DNA of 64,000 nucleotides from NCBI GenBank assembly GCA_965242965.1, contig OZ251518.1:2112001-2176000 (forward strand), in the 5' to 3' direction. The notes under the pieces are model-generated. The model saw only the letters and a program-made list of their open reading frames with translations, was not told the origin of the DNA and did not search any database. Shown here piece by piece: positions 51,834 to 61,652 of this stretch. Position 1 is the first letter of the stretch, and each line of letters begins with the position of its first letter. The position numbers were made by a program, and so were the translations under genes. The stretch comes from Candidatus Poribacteria bacterium. GTDB taxonomy: Bacteria; Poribacteria; WGA-4E; WGA-3G.

Positions 51834-53336
51834 CTATTCTCTGTAGTCTGCCAATAGAGTCAAGATTTCCTCGCAGTATGCCTCAAGGGTTTTCCGCTCA
51901 TGAGGTTGGAGAATATCGCGGTTATGCGCCAAAGGATTTCTGCACCTCACAAGCATCTGCTTCCGTTGCTCCCAGTAATTGGTGTCGCGCCCAAAGATTG
52001 ACGAAAAGTGTGTTGCCCACAATCCTTTCGCGCAGATAATCGTAAACAGCTCTGCAGGGTAGGTAAAATCAATCAAATTTTGCGAGGCTCTATCTCCAAA
52101 CGATTTTTCCTCTTTCTGCTGTGTTTTCCGGCACCTCTCAAAAATGTCCGCTAAGTTGCGCCATCCTTTCCCCAATTCTTCAATCCAACCTTCTCCATAG
52201 GCATTGGACATAGTAGTTGTGATTACGTTGCGAAGGGCTTTCTCAGTATCTCTCCAAATCGGCCATAACGCTGCATCGAATTCAGGTTTCCGTTCTAGGA
52301 GTCTCAGGTAATCTTGGAAGTGTTCGGCGTAGGCAACATAAATACCTTTTTCGCTGGCTCTGATCAGGCCGTAGTTTGCGAGTTCAGTCACATCAGGTGG
52401 CTTGATATCAACAGCCGGTCCAAAAAGAATTTGGAGCAATTTGCTCAAGGTGCCTTCCTCTTGCATTAACCGAGCCATGTCGTCGTAATGCTCAGAGACA
52501 GACTGGCTAATAGTCTTTGCAGCTTTGTCTACATCAATTTCCTGATTCTGCCGCAAACTCTCAACGATTTCGCATCCTAACATTTCAAGGAGATAGGGAT
52601 GTGCGCCGCAATAGAACAACACACGTTCCCTGAATGCATCCGATGTTGATATCCCCACAGGCGAAAATTGCGCGAAGTATGCTTCCAAGTCCTCGTCGTT
52701 AAACATGGCTAACCGTTGGACCTGGAAAATGTTATGAAATGGAGAAGAAGAACCGGCTTGACGTTCAATATCTCCAATGTTCCGACGCGCGGTGAGCACG
52801 AGAGATAGCCGGTAATCTGGATAATCAGCCAATTCGCGTAAACGCTGAAAGGCAGTCTCTCCTTTAAAAAGATTTCGCGCGGCATCAAATTCGTCAAGCA
52901 CGAAAAGAGTGCCGTATCCAGCGTCTTGGACTTTCTTAAAGAAACGTTTAATTCGGTCCCACGTGGCGTTGACTTCCAGCGCGCGGTCGGCTGCACGCTG
53001 GATCTCTGGTGTGAGCCAATCTAAGTCTTCCAATTCTTGGACAGATTCCTCCACGAGCGCACGGAAGAAATCAGACGACTCATCGTAGGAAGCAAGTCCC
53101 ATCCATATTGGCAAGATCTTCTTGGCGATGAGCGTCTCTTTCTGCTCCATAACTGTTTTGTAAGCGAGGCTGCTTTTGCCGATGCGATGCACGCCAATAA
53201 TGGCGAGGTTACCCGGATTATGGGGACAGATAATCCGGTTTTCAATATCCGTTATCAACGCTGTCCGGCCGATGAAGCGTTCTCCATGAACCATTTTACC
53301 GTAATCCGCAAATGGGTTTTCAAAATTGTAACGCAT
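51834..53336 (-). CDS. STAND-like AAA ATPase with C-terminal Swt1-like HEPN domain
   Basis: NPF..F.GR, GVHRIGKSS, VLDEFD, GAHPY; C-terminal EKALR...RNPLAH (RxxxxH). Confidence 0.75.
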   Translation of the reverse strand: MRYNFENPFADYGKMVHGERFIGRTALITDIENRIICPHNPGNLAIIGVHRIGKSSLAYKTVMEQKETLIAKKILPIWMGLASYDESSDFFRALVEESVQELEDLDWLTPEIQRAADRALEVNATWDRIKRFFKKVQDAGYGTLFVLDEFDAARNLFKGETAFQRLRELADYPDYRLSLVLTARRNIGDIERQAGSSSPFHNIFQVQRLAMFNDEDLEAYFAQFSPVGISTSDAFRERVLFYCGAHPYLLEMLGCEIVESLRQNQEIDVDKAAKTISQSVSEHYDDMARLMQEEGTLSKLLQILFGPAVDIKPPDVTELANYGLIRASEKGIYVAYAEHFQDYLRLLERKPEFDAALWPIWRDTEKALRNVITTTMSNAYGEGWIEELGKGWRNLADIFERCRKTQQKEEKSFGDRASQNLIDFTYPAELFTIICAKGLWATHFSSIFGRDTNYWEQRKQMLVRCRNPLAHNRDILQPHERKTLEAYCEEILTLLADYRE

Positions 53337-53348
53337 TTCGTTCTCCCT

Positions 53349-54959
53349 TCATCCGTTAACGATAAGCCACTCTTTGAACAGCCCTACCTTAATTTGATAA
53401 GATTGCTCGCGCCGTTCAACGACATCGCGTTTCACGAGATCATTGAGAATTGTATCAACAGGCAAATGCGTTTCGCAGACAATGGTATCACGATGACAAG
53501 GGCCCGCTTTGCTATTGTCTGCGATAACTTTCAGAACTCTTAACGCGTCTTCATCTGATATTGCATCCGCTGAGGTATCCCCCGAATTGATAAGGTTATC
53601 AAACTTATCTAAACCGAGGGCATTTACCCCACTTATCAGTTCATTTTTGACATGTTCCACATCCGCCTCTGTTACCAAAGCTGCACGCTTGCGATTCATG
53701 TATTCAACGAGCCGGTTGCAAATGATTTGAATGTAGAACGGGCTGCCCGCGGTGAGTGCTAAAATCCGTTCAATTGCTTGCTCTCGATAGCGACTTGCGC
53801 CTTGCCGCCCGCCGATGCGTATCGGTTCGTCGACAAGTCTCCGGGCATCTTCCAGTGTAAGGTAGGTAACGCGTTCATCTTGTGTTGTGCCAAATTCGTT
53901 AGGAAAGCGTTCCTTAAACTTTGGCATCACATCCTGTCCTACCAACACGGCACTGAAGTAGTTTGCCTGCAACAGAGCCTTCCAGTTTTGCATGAACGAC
54001 CCGGGAATCTTGCCTGCAACGATGCGTTCGTAGATATATTGGAACTCATCTATGAGGAGCACAGCCCGGACACCACGCCACTCCTCATGACGAGCGACTT
54101 GACGTTTCAACCTCTCAAAGGTATCTTGAAAGCATTGCAGGGGGGCCGGATGCCCATAGAATTCACTATCGTCGGGAATAAGAAGATTTAATGAACTAAA
54201 ACCTTCATCAACCCGGTCTTCAATCGCGAATTCCAGCACGGTGATGATGCGCTTAAGAATTTGGTGTAGCAGTGGGACATGGGAACTTTCGTCCTGAACA
54301 GACCCGAGATTTCCCAAATCAAGGATAAGCAGGTTCCTATCTTTCTGCAGTGACTCCTTTAAGTGATGCAAAACCGAGGATTTGCCAGACCGTTTTTGCC
54401 CGAATACTACGACACACTTGCTCCCCGAGCGAGATTCTTGGATAGCATGCGCGATGTTTTGGATAAGTTCTTCACGCCCAAAAAACATCTGGGCATCTCC
54501 AACAATCCCTCCTTCGGCATAAGCGGCATACGGATTTTCAATTTCCTCAAACTCGTCTTCAGAATATAACCGAATAGAGAGGTTCTCGACAGGCGTTTTT
54601 TCTTCCCTTTTCGCGCGAGTCCGATACCGAGCATAAACAGGTAAAGAGAAGGTTTGTGCTCTTGAAGTTTCATGAGTTAATTGCAAAGGGACTTCTAGGA
54701 TGGACAGAGCACCGCTCTGACTTGGAGTAGGTTCTGAAAAACCAGACTCATCACCCAGATTATCCAGACGCTGAACAGCAATGATGGCCTCCACCAAAAT
54801 TGTTGCTTCGCCTTTTGCTCCGTCCAAGGTGATATGATCTTGCCCGATTTCTGTGAGGATTCCTGAGACTTGATCGCCTGTTGTTAGCGTGCAACTGATT
54901 CGGCTACCAATCTGAGCCTTCTTTTGAATTAATTGTGTCCGCATAACCATCACCTTCAC
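53349..54959 (-). CDS. STAND-like AAA ATPase with N-terminal Sm/Hfq-like beta domain
   Basis: NPY...FFGRE, GQKRSGKSS, LLIDEFQ, GSPFYIQ, C-terminal winged helix. Confidence 0.75.
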   Translation of the reverse strand: MKVMVMRTQLIQKKAQIGSRISCTLTTGDQVSGILTEIGQDHITLDGAKGEATILVEAIIAVQRLDNLGDESGFSEPTPSQSGALSILEVPLQLTHETSRAQTFSLPVYARYRTRAKREEKTPVENLSIRLYSEDEFEEIENPYAAYAEGGIVGDAQMFFGREELIQNIAHAIQESRSGSKCVVVFGQKRSGKSSVLHHLKESLQKDRNLLILDLGNLGSVQDESSHVPLLHQILKRIITVLEFAIEDRVDEGFSSLNLLIPDDSEFYGHPAPLQCFQDTFERLKRQVARHEEWRGVRAVLLIDEFQYIYERIVAGKIPGSFMQNWKALLQANYFSAVLVGQDVMPKFKERFPNEFGTTQDERVTYLTLEDARRLVDEPIRIGGRQGASRYREQAIERILALTAGSPFYIQIICNRLVEYMNRKRAALVTEADVEHVKNELISGVNALGLDKFDNLINSGDTSADAISDEDALRVLKVIADNSKAGPCHRDTIVCETHLPVDTILNDLVKRDVVERREQSYQIKVGLFKEWLIVNG

Positions 54960-55493
54960 AACCTATAACATTACTAGGGCATTCGGGGGCGTGGCAAGAT
55001 GCCACGCCTCTAACTCTACGGAGTTGCAGTACCGAATCTAGCCTGCAAGTTGACTACCTCCGGCTTCAAGCCTCGTAACTCACGCCAGCGAAACCTGCAC
55101 GTAAGTCTTTACTAAATTGATGCGATGCGATATTTCATGCACAACGGTGGGGGTGAGTGCCAACTATCGCCTCGGCAGAATTCCAACCCCGGGCATCTCG
55201 CGCAACGCATTTAACATAGGGATTACGCAAAATGGCTCAGGCGAGTAAAACGCGCCTAACGAAACTCGCGCAATCTTCCTCATCTTTTCCAACCCATAAC
55301 CGTAGCGAAACAGCTGATGCAACATGACAAAGTTTTTTCTGCATCCCTGGAAACGCTTTATCACTTATGCGGACACACCTCACAACCAATCATTACCGAT
55401 GTAGATAGGTTTGCCGAACACACTTTATGAGGTGGCATACTTTTAATCATACCACTTCTCAAACCCGATGTCAAATTTTTCGCGTTTGCGGCA

Positions 55494-56189
55494 TTATTGA
55501 GACATGCCAACCCGGCCATCCGCCATCTGCAACTGCTTCGCGACGATAGTTTTCAAAAGCTGCACGATGGCTTCGGCTTCAAAAATCCCGTGGTATTCGC
55601 GCGAACATTCCGCTGTGAACGTCGGTTTCTCGGTGTCAATATCCAACACGATACCGCGAACGAAATTCCAACTGCCAGAAACAGCATAGCACCCAAAAAT
55701 CTCTTGCTCGCCATTCGACGGTTCCGCGCCATTTTCCCAATTAAGACGCGAAGCAGCGAGCATTTGCCCGTAAAGTTGCACCTGCGGGTCTGGTGCATTC
55801 ACCCCGCGTTTTGCCTCGTAGACAATGAAATAAGGGTGACGAGGCTTCCCCGCGGCAGCAGGCGCGAGTGCACCATCTGCCACCCCCTCCAATTGAAAGC
55901 TCGGATAGGTGGCTCGCAACGGAACGCCTGTCCACGCGCGAATGTAAGCGTGTTCTGCAAGGACTAATAGCGGATAAATGGCACGCGCCCAAAGCGTGCT
56001 TTCATTCAAAACTACTAGGTTGAGATTCCGCAAAATGGACTTGTGATAGTCAATCTGGGCGACTTCTGCGGCAGTTAAGCCTTCTTCCTGTAAGGCATCC
56101 CAGTTGTCAGACGTATCTATCTGGATATGGAGTTCCACAAGTTCCCTGAGTATTTCTTCGGATAATTCTGAAAAACTGTAGGTTTTCAT
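55494..56189 (-). CDS. PD-(D/E)xK nuclease-like protein, copy 1
   Basis: LEGVADG...FIVYEAKR...QLYGQMLA, GCY...W.F; GGGAGG RBS. Confidence 0.72.
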   Translation of the reverse strand: MKTYSFSELSEEILRELVELHIQIDTSDNWDALQEEGLTAAEVAQIDYHKSILRNLNLVVLNESTLWARAIYPLLVLAEHAYIRAWTGVPLRATYPSFQLEGVADGALAPAAAGKPRHPYFIVYEAKRGVNAPDPQVQLYGQMLAASRLNWENGAEPSNGEQEIFGCYAVSGSWNFVRGIVLDIDTEKPTFTAECSREYHGIFEAEAIVQLLKTIVAKQLQMADGRVGMSQ

Positions 56190-56210
56190 GGTTTATGTCC
56201 TCCCTTTTGA

Positions 56211-56327
56211 GATCGCGAGGGACAGGCCCTCGCGCTACGGTGAAGACGGCGATAGTTGGGTTCGCGAGGGACAGGCCCTCGCGCTACGGTGACTGAGAGC
56301 ACGCGAGGGACAGGCACACGCCCTACG
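56211..56327. repeat. Direct-repeat REP array between the paralogs
   Basis: GCGAGGGACAGGCCCTCGCGCTACGGTGA about 3 times. Confidence 0.9.
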
Positions 56328-56985
56328 GAAACTGCTTCGTGACGATAGTTTTCAGAATTTGCACGATGGCTTCAGCCTCAAAAATCCCGTTGTAGACGCG
56401 CGAAAATACAGCGGTGAACGTCGGTTTCTCGGTGTCAATGCCGCCGACGATACCGCGCACAAAAGTCCAACTTTCAGAGACAGCATAGCACCCGAAAATT
56501 TCTTGTTCCGCGGGTGGTTCTGTCATGTCTTTCCAATTGAGCCATGCGGCGGCGAGCATTTGGCCATAGAGTTGCACCTGCGGGTCTGGGGCATTTACGC
56601 CGCGCTTTGCCTCATAAACGATGAAATAAGGTTGACAGGGTTTCCCCGCGGCAGCAGGCGCGAGGGCACCATCTGCCGTCCCTTCCAATTGAAAACTCGG
56701 ATAGGTGGCTTTCAGCGGAACGCTTGTCCATGCTTGAATATCGGCGTGTTCTGCGAGGACTAACAACGGATAAATGGCGCGCGCCCAAAGCGTGCCTTCG
56801 TTCATGACGACGAAGTTCCTTTCACGCAAGATGGACTTGAGATAATCAATCTGGGAGGTTTCTGCCGGTGTTAAGTGGGGTTTCTGCATGCTTTCCCATT
56901 CGCTAGAAATGCCTCGCTGGATGTGAAGTGTTACGAGCTCCCGGAACGTTTCTTCGGATAACTCTGAAAAACTGTAGGTTTTCAC
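56323..56985 (-). CDS. PD-(D/E)xK nuclease-like protein, copy 2 (GTG start)
   Basis: Close paralog of 55494-56189 with identical leader. Confidence 0.72.
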   Translation of the reverse strand: MKTYSFSELSEETFRELVTLHIQRGISSEWESMQKPHLTPAETSQIDYLKSILRERNFVVMNEGTLWARAIYPLLVLAEHADIQAWTSVPLKATYPSFQLEGTADGALAPAAAGKPCQPYFIVYEAKRGVNAPDPQVQLYGQMLAAAWLNWKDMTEPPAEQEIFGCYAVSESWTFVRGIVGGIDTEKPTFTAVFSRVYNGIFEAEAIVQILKTIVTKQFP

Positions 56986-57005
56986 GGTTTATGTCCTCCC
57001 TTTTG

Positions 57006-57271
57006 AGATCGCGAGGGACAGGCCCTCGCGCTACGGTGAAGGCGGCGATAGTTGGGGCCGCGAGGGACAGGCCCTCGCGCTACGGTGAAGACGGCGATAG
57101 TTGGAGTCGCGAGGGACAGGCCCTCGCGCTACGGTGACCGAGAGCACGCGAGGGACAGGCCCTCGCGCTACGGATAAGGCGATGCTAGTTGGGTTCGCGA
57201 GGGACAGGCCCTCGCGCTACGGTGAAGACGGCGATAGTTGGGTTCGCGAGGGACAGGCACACGCCCTACGG
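57006..57271. repeat. Direct-repeat REP array (6 units)
   Basis: Same repeat and recurring spacers as 56211-56327. Confidence 0.9.
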
Positions 57272-57285
57272 GTTAAAGAGGTTCC

Positions 57286-58755
57286 CTAACTATACCCCTG
57301 CGCCTGATATTGTTCCAACAACACAGTCAACCGTTGGACAATTTCCGGACGGACATCCCACAGATTGCACGTCTCACCCGGGTCATCGTAGAGATGATAG
57401 AGCTGTCCCGGCGTTCCCGGCTCCGGTCTGCCGTCACGCGGGGGAGGCCAGCCGCCTGAACCTTGCGTCCCTAAAATCAATTTCCACTCGCGATGCCGAA
57501 TGGAAAAAACACCGGTGCTAGAATGATGCACGACAGACTCCCGCAGCGGATGCGCCGTTTCTTCGCCTAATAACGCGGGCAAGATATTGCAGCTGTCCTG
57601 TCCGGCATTGTCGGGAACTTCTGTGCCGACGATAGCGGCGCACGTCGCCATCAAATCAGTGAGGCAGGTGAGCGCATCGGTTGACGTGTTCGGCGTGATG
57701 ACACCGGGCCAGCGTGCAATCAACGGTTCGCGATGCCCGCCTTCCCAAATATGCGCCTTGTAACCGCGCCAGTCTCCGCATGACTTATGCTCGTAGAGAT
57801 GATACGGCATGGGACTCGTATCGCCTCGGATTCTGTCGCCGGGGAGCGCGCCGTTATCACTCGTGACGAAAATGAGCGTGTCATCGGTTTTGCCGGTGCG
57901 TTCCAACGCCGCCATTACTTGTCCCACCATCCAATCAACGAGCCAAACCAGATCGCCGCGAGGCCCGGCACTGCTTTGTCCTCGTGCGAAGTCTGGCACG
58001 ACTGCCTCTGTGCACGGTTCATGCGGCGCGGAAGGAGTGAGATAGAGGAAGAAGGGTGCATCCGCCTCGGATTGTCCTTCAATGTATTCCACTGCCTTTT
58101 GCGCGATACTCGGGTCGGCGTTTTTATGTTCCCAACTCGGTGCCATCATGCCGGGACGACTCGTAAACTCTGGGACCTCGTGATAGACGTTGGGGATTTC
58201 CACAAACGCGTCATTCTCTATGAAGCCGTAGGGAGGCTGGCAGGTGGGGCATCCGGCGTTGCCGTAGAAATAGTCAAAGCCTAAATCAACGGGACCGCCT
58301 GTTAACGGCGCGGTGAAGTCAATATGTTCCTCTAGTTCGCGGCTGGCGTTCCCCCACGGTAGCGGCGAGTTAAAATCGTAATCGTAACCGGGCACCGTTG
58401 AAAAGCCGAGCCCTAGGTGCCATTTGCCGACGCATGCGGTGTTGTAACCAGCACTTTTCAGCAGGCTTGCTACCGTTGCGCGTTCCGGCTCAATGAGCGG
58501 CGGTTCATAGCCGTAAAGCACGCCGTGTTTGAGGCGGCTTCGCCAGCAGTATCTACCGGTGAGGACACCGTATCGGGTGGGCGTGCAGACAGCGGAGGGA
58601 GAATGCGCGTCGGTGAAGCGGATTCCCTCCCGCGCGAGTTTGTCCATATTCGGCGTTGGAATTTTCGAGTCGGAGTTATAGCATCCGACATCGCCGTATC
58701 CCATATCGTCCGCCATGATAAAAACGATGTTTGGAGGTGAAGTTTGCTTTTGCAT
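57286..58755 (-). CDS. Arylsulfatase family sulfatase
   Basis: PNIVFIMADDMGYGD, CTPTRYGVLTG, GKWHLG, SDNG. Confidence 0.94.
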   Translation of the reverse strand: MQKQTSPPNIVFIMADDMGYGDVGCYNSDSKIPTPNMDKLAREGIRFTDAHSPSAVCTPTRYGVLTGRYCWRSRLKHGVLYGYEPPLIEPERATVASLLKSAGYNTACVGKWHLGLGFSTVPGYDYDFNSPLPWGNASRELEEHIDFTAPLTGGPVDLGFDYFYGNAGCPTCQPPYGFIENDAFVEIPNVYHEVPEFTSRPGMMAPSWEHKNADPSIAQKAVEYIEGQSEADAPFFLYLTPSAPHEPCTEAVVPDFARGQSSAGPRGDLVWLVDWMVGQVMAALERTGKTDDTLIFVTSDNGALPGDRIRGDTSPMPYHLYEHKSCGDWRGYKAHIWEGGHREPLIARWPGVITPNTSTDALTCLTDLMATCAAIVGTEVPDNAGQDSCNILPALLGEETAHPLRESVVHHSSTGVFSIRHREWKLILGTQGSGGWPPPRDGRPEPGTPGQLYHLYDDPGETCNLWDVRPEIVQRLTVLLEQYQAQGYS

Positions 58756-58777
58756 AGTTTGAACGAGATATCCTTCA

Positions 58778-59845
58778 TCACTTTTGGAATTTCGCCTTTA
58801 ATTCCGCCAGTTCATTCTCAATGGACGCTTCTTCGGCATAACCGGCGAATTCCCGTTCACGTTTGGCATCCGTGAAATCAACATCCGCTTCCGCCGCTGC
58901 CTTTGCCAAAGTGGATGCATCGGATACGTCCTGCTCCATCTTTTCAAGCAGTTCAAACGCTCTGTTATCCTGAACTTCTTCCAGCATCTGCCGGAGATGT
59001 TCGTGCGCATTGACGTTTGTGTGCTGCGCGATGACGACATCTCGCTTTCGCTGAGTCTCCGCCGTTTTTTGCTGGAGTGTCTCTAATAGTGCAGTGAGTT
59101 GCGCGACGATTTGTTGCTGCTCCGTCCATTGCGCTTTATATCGGCTTGCGAGTTGTCGGTATTCGTTGCGCCGTTTCAGGTCTTCGCGTGCCAGGTCTTC
59201 GCGGTCGGCTTGGATAGCGATAGTGGCGCGTTCTTCGCACCGTTCGGCTTGCGCGAGCGCGCCTTCATAAGCATCCCGCAACTGCTTTTCTATGCCAATA
59301 GATGCATCCACTTTCTGTCGCGCTTCAGTCAGTTGATTCGTCATTTCAAGAATGGCATCGTCTAGCACACTTTCTGGTTCTTCGGTTTCGGGAACTTCTA
59401 CTTCCTCCGGTTCTGGTTCCGCTTCCACAACAACCGTGCGCGCCAACTTATCCCCGAGTCTTTGCCGCTTTTGCCCGAAGGACCAGATCAGATCGAGAGG
59501 TTGGAGAACTAGGCCGGTAAAACGGCGCACGAACGCATCTTTGAAGGTGCAAGGTTCGCCATCTTTGAGTCGGACTACCCGCAGCGACAGCAGCCTTTTG
59601 CCGAAACCCTGTCCGTTTCTGAGTCCGTCCATAAAGAGTGCGCCGAATGTCCACAACGCAAAAGATGCACCCGAAAAAAGGATAGATGCCGCGTCGTCGG
59701 ACATATCGTAATGCAGCAATGCAGCTAACATAAGCAACATCATTTGGACTGCAAATAACAACGCGCCATCAATGAAGAGCGCGACGGTGCGTGCCATTCG
59801 GGAACCCAAGGTGAACTTTTTTCCGGCAATTTTGATAGTCGGCAT
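58778..59845 (-). CDS. RDD-domain membrane protein fused to PspA/IM30 coiled coil
   Basis: R..A.FID, GQGFGKRLLSLRVV, QRLGDKLARTVVV; then EPESVLDDAILEM, DREDLAREDL, FELLEKME, IENELAELK. Confidence 0.8.
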   Translation of the reverse strand: MPTIKIAGKKFTLGSRMARTVALFIDGALLFAVQMMLLMLAALLHYDMSDDAASILFSGASFALWTFGALFMDGLRNGQGFGKRLLSLRVVRLKDGEPCTFKDAFVRRFTGLVLQPLDLIWSFGQKRQRLGDKLARTVVVEAEPEPEEVEVPETEEPESVLDDAILEMTNQLTEARQKVDASIGIEKQLRDAYEGALAQAERCEERATIAIQADREDLAREDLKRRNEYRQLASRYKAQWTEQQQIVAQLTALLETLQQKTAETQRKRDVVIAQHTNVNAHEHLRQMLEEVQDNRAFELLEKMEQDVSDASTLAKAAAEADVDFTDAKREREFAGYAEEASIENELAELKAKFQK

Positions 59846-60009
59846 GAGCAATTTCCTCCGAGAGGGATGCGTGCGCTCGCGCTGCGTCGGGCGAAGGAGT
59901 TAGCGCGTTCGCTCGGGTTCAGTGTCGGCGCGGACCGGTTTCTGCTGAAATTTCGTCTTTCAATATAGAGACTCCAACCGGCAAAAAGGATAGTAACATT
60001 CTGCTTTCC

Positions 60010-60252
60010 CGGTAGGAGAGACCTCCAGGTCTCGATGCAACCTCCCCGTAGGAGAGACCTCCCGGTCTCGATTTCTGCCGCCCGCTGTCTGCAATTCAGG
60101 AGCAGGTGCTCCTGAACTACAGGCGGCGCGCACCCGAGCCCTGTAGTTCGGGTGCGCCTGCACCCGAACAGGTTAAGGTATCTCCTAGCCAGCGGGCATC
60201 GAGACCAGGAGGTCTCTCCTACTTAGAGCCATCGAGACCGGGGCGCGCCTAC
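60010..60252. repeat. REP cluster (B and D families)
   Basis: GTAGGAGAGACCTCC units; GTAGTTCGGGTGCGCCTGCACCCGAAC. Confidence 0.88.
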
Positions 60253-60274
60253 CTCTCATCCTCAAGAACTTGAT

Positions 60275-60535
60275 TCACCGGAAAGAAGCATCGCTGATGT
60301 GCACATTTACCGGTGGCGGGCCGCCGAGTTCAATATCCATCAGCACAGGAATTGAGGCTGGCGGCGGAACAGCCGTTCCTTCCGCCTGTAGTGCCTCAAT
60401 GTGGAGTTGAATCGCTTCCACAATCAAGGTGCGCACCTCGTCCAAGTTCTCGCCGACAGCGACGCAGCCGGGCAAGTCTGGGAGGTAAGCACCGTAACTC
60501 TCCTCGCCTTTTTCAAAAATGACGACATATTGCAT
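60275..60535 (-). CDS. HicB family antitoxin (orphan)
   Basis: YVVIFEKGEESYGAYLPDLPGCVAVGENLDEV..EAI.LHI. Confidence 0.88.
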   Translation of the reverse strand: MQYVVIFEKGEESYGAYLPDLPGCVAVGENLDEVRTLIVEAIQLHIEALQAEGTAVPPPASIPVLMDIELGGPPPVNVHISDASFR

Positions 60536-60543
60536 GGCATTCT

Positions 60544-61602
60544 CTACAACTGCGGCACCGTCACTGCCACCTCGCGGCCGCCGTTTTCAGAGGAGTCAAT
60601 AACTCCCTGAATGATAACGTTGGTAAGCATCACGCCGTAAGGTTCAATAGGCGACGGTTTGCCCTCGCGCACGGCATCGACAAACGCTGCGTCTTCCGCC
60701 CGGAACACGTCAACCGATTCAAATTCGGTGAATTCCTCGTCGTGGATTTCGCCATCTTTATCGCCATAGACGCGCACGCCGTCTTGCGGCCCACGCACTT
60801 CGCCGATGCCGAGTCGGAGTCCCGCCTTTTTACCGAGGAAAATCGTGCCGCCGAGGGAGTCCATGTTCATGCACCAGCATGTCTTGAATACCATCCGCGC
60901 GCCGTTTTCAAACACCACCCAGCCGATGCCGAAATCCTCCACTTCTGTCTCGCGCAACGCCGGATTCCATGTGTTGTTCAAGCTGAGGTAGTTGGAGGTA
61001 ATGCCTGACACCGCGACCGGCTTGGGATGCCCCATCAGGTAAAGTGCCGTGTCCAACGCATAAACGCCGATGTCCGCTGACGCGCCAAGCCCGGCTGTCG
61101 CTTTGCGGATGAAGCTGCCGCCGGGATTGCCGCGCCGTCTATCCGCCACGGTTTCAACGTAGTAAATATCGCCGAGGGTGCCAGCGTCAACGATTTCCTT
61201 CGCTTTGATGACTTGCGCGGAATAGCGGAGTTTGAGTCCTACCATCAAGATTTTATCGTTTTCTTGTGAAGCGCGCCACATCGCGGCGGCCGCGTCCAGC
61301 GTCGCCTCCATCGGCTTTTCGCAGAAGACATGTTTGCCGGCGTTCAGCGAAGCGACGGTGGGCGCGGCATGCACACCAGTCGGCGTGCAGACGTAGACAG
61401 CCTCAATCTCGTCCATTTTGAGCATTTCGTTGTAGTCGCTAAACGTGTGTTTGATACCCCACCGTTCTTTCGCGCGTTCCAAGTTTGCAGGGACAAGATC
61501 TGCCGCGGCGATAATCTCTGCGCCATCAATGTTCGCGAGCGTTCCGCAGTGTGCCTGCGCGATGCCGCCCGCACCAATTAACCCAAGTTTGACTGTTCTC
61601 AT
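60544..61602 (-). CDS. Gfo/Idh/MocA family oxidoreductase
   Basis: IGAGGIA, GKHVFCEKP, DIGVYALD. Confidence 0.92.
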   Translation of the reverse strand: MRTVKLGLIGAGGIAQAHCGTLANIDGAEIIAAADLVPANLERAKERWGIKHTFSDYNEMLKMDEIEAVYVCTPTGVHAAPTVASLNAGKHVFCEKPMEATLDAAAAMWRASQENDKILMVGLKLRYSAQVIKAKEIVDAGTLGDIYYVETVADRRRGNPGGSFIRKATAGLGASADIGVYALDTALYLMGHPKPVAVSGITSNYLSLNNTWNPALRETEVEDFGIGWVVFENGARMVFKTCWCMNMDSLGGTIFLGKKAGLRLGIGEVRGPQDGVRVYGDKDGEIHDEEFTEFESVDVFRAEDAAFVDAVREGKPSPIEPYGVMLTNVIIQGVIDSSENGGREVAVTVPQL

Positions 61603-61652
61603 TTTATCTCCTATCGGGACCTGAAGGGCCACCTATCGGTTCTATTTTATGT

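Noticed and set aside
55164-55364. 66-aa ORF upstream of the STAND pair as a third component
   Set aside because: No recognisable motif or clear RBS; cannot be supported
57006-57271. CRISPR-like array of ~29-bp direct repeats
   Set aside because: Spacers are short (10-20 bp) and recur, the repeat is the window-wide REP, and there are no cas genes
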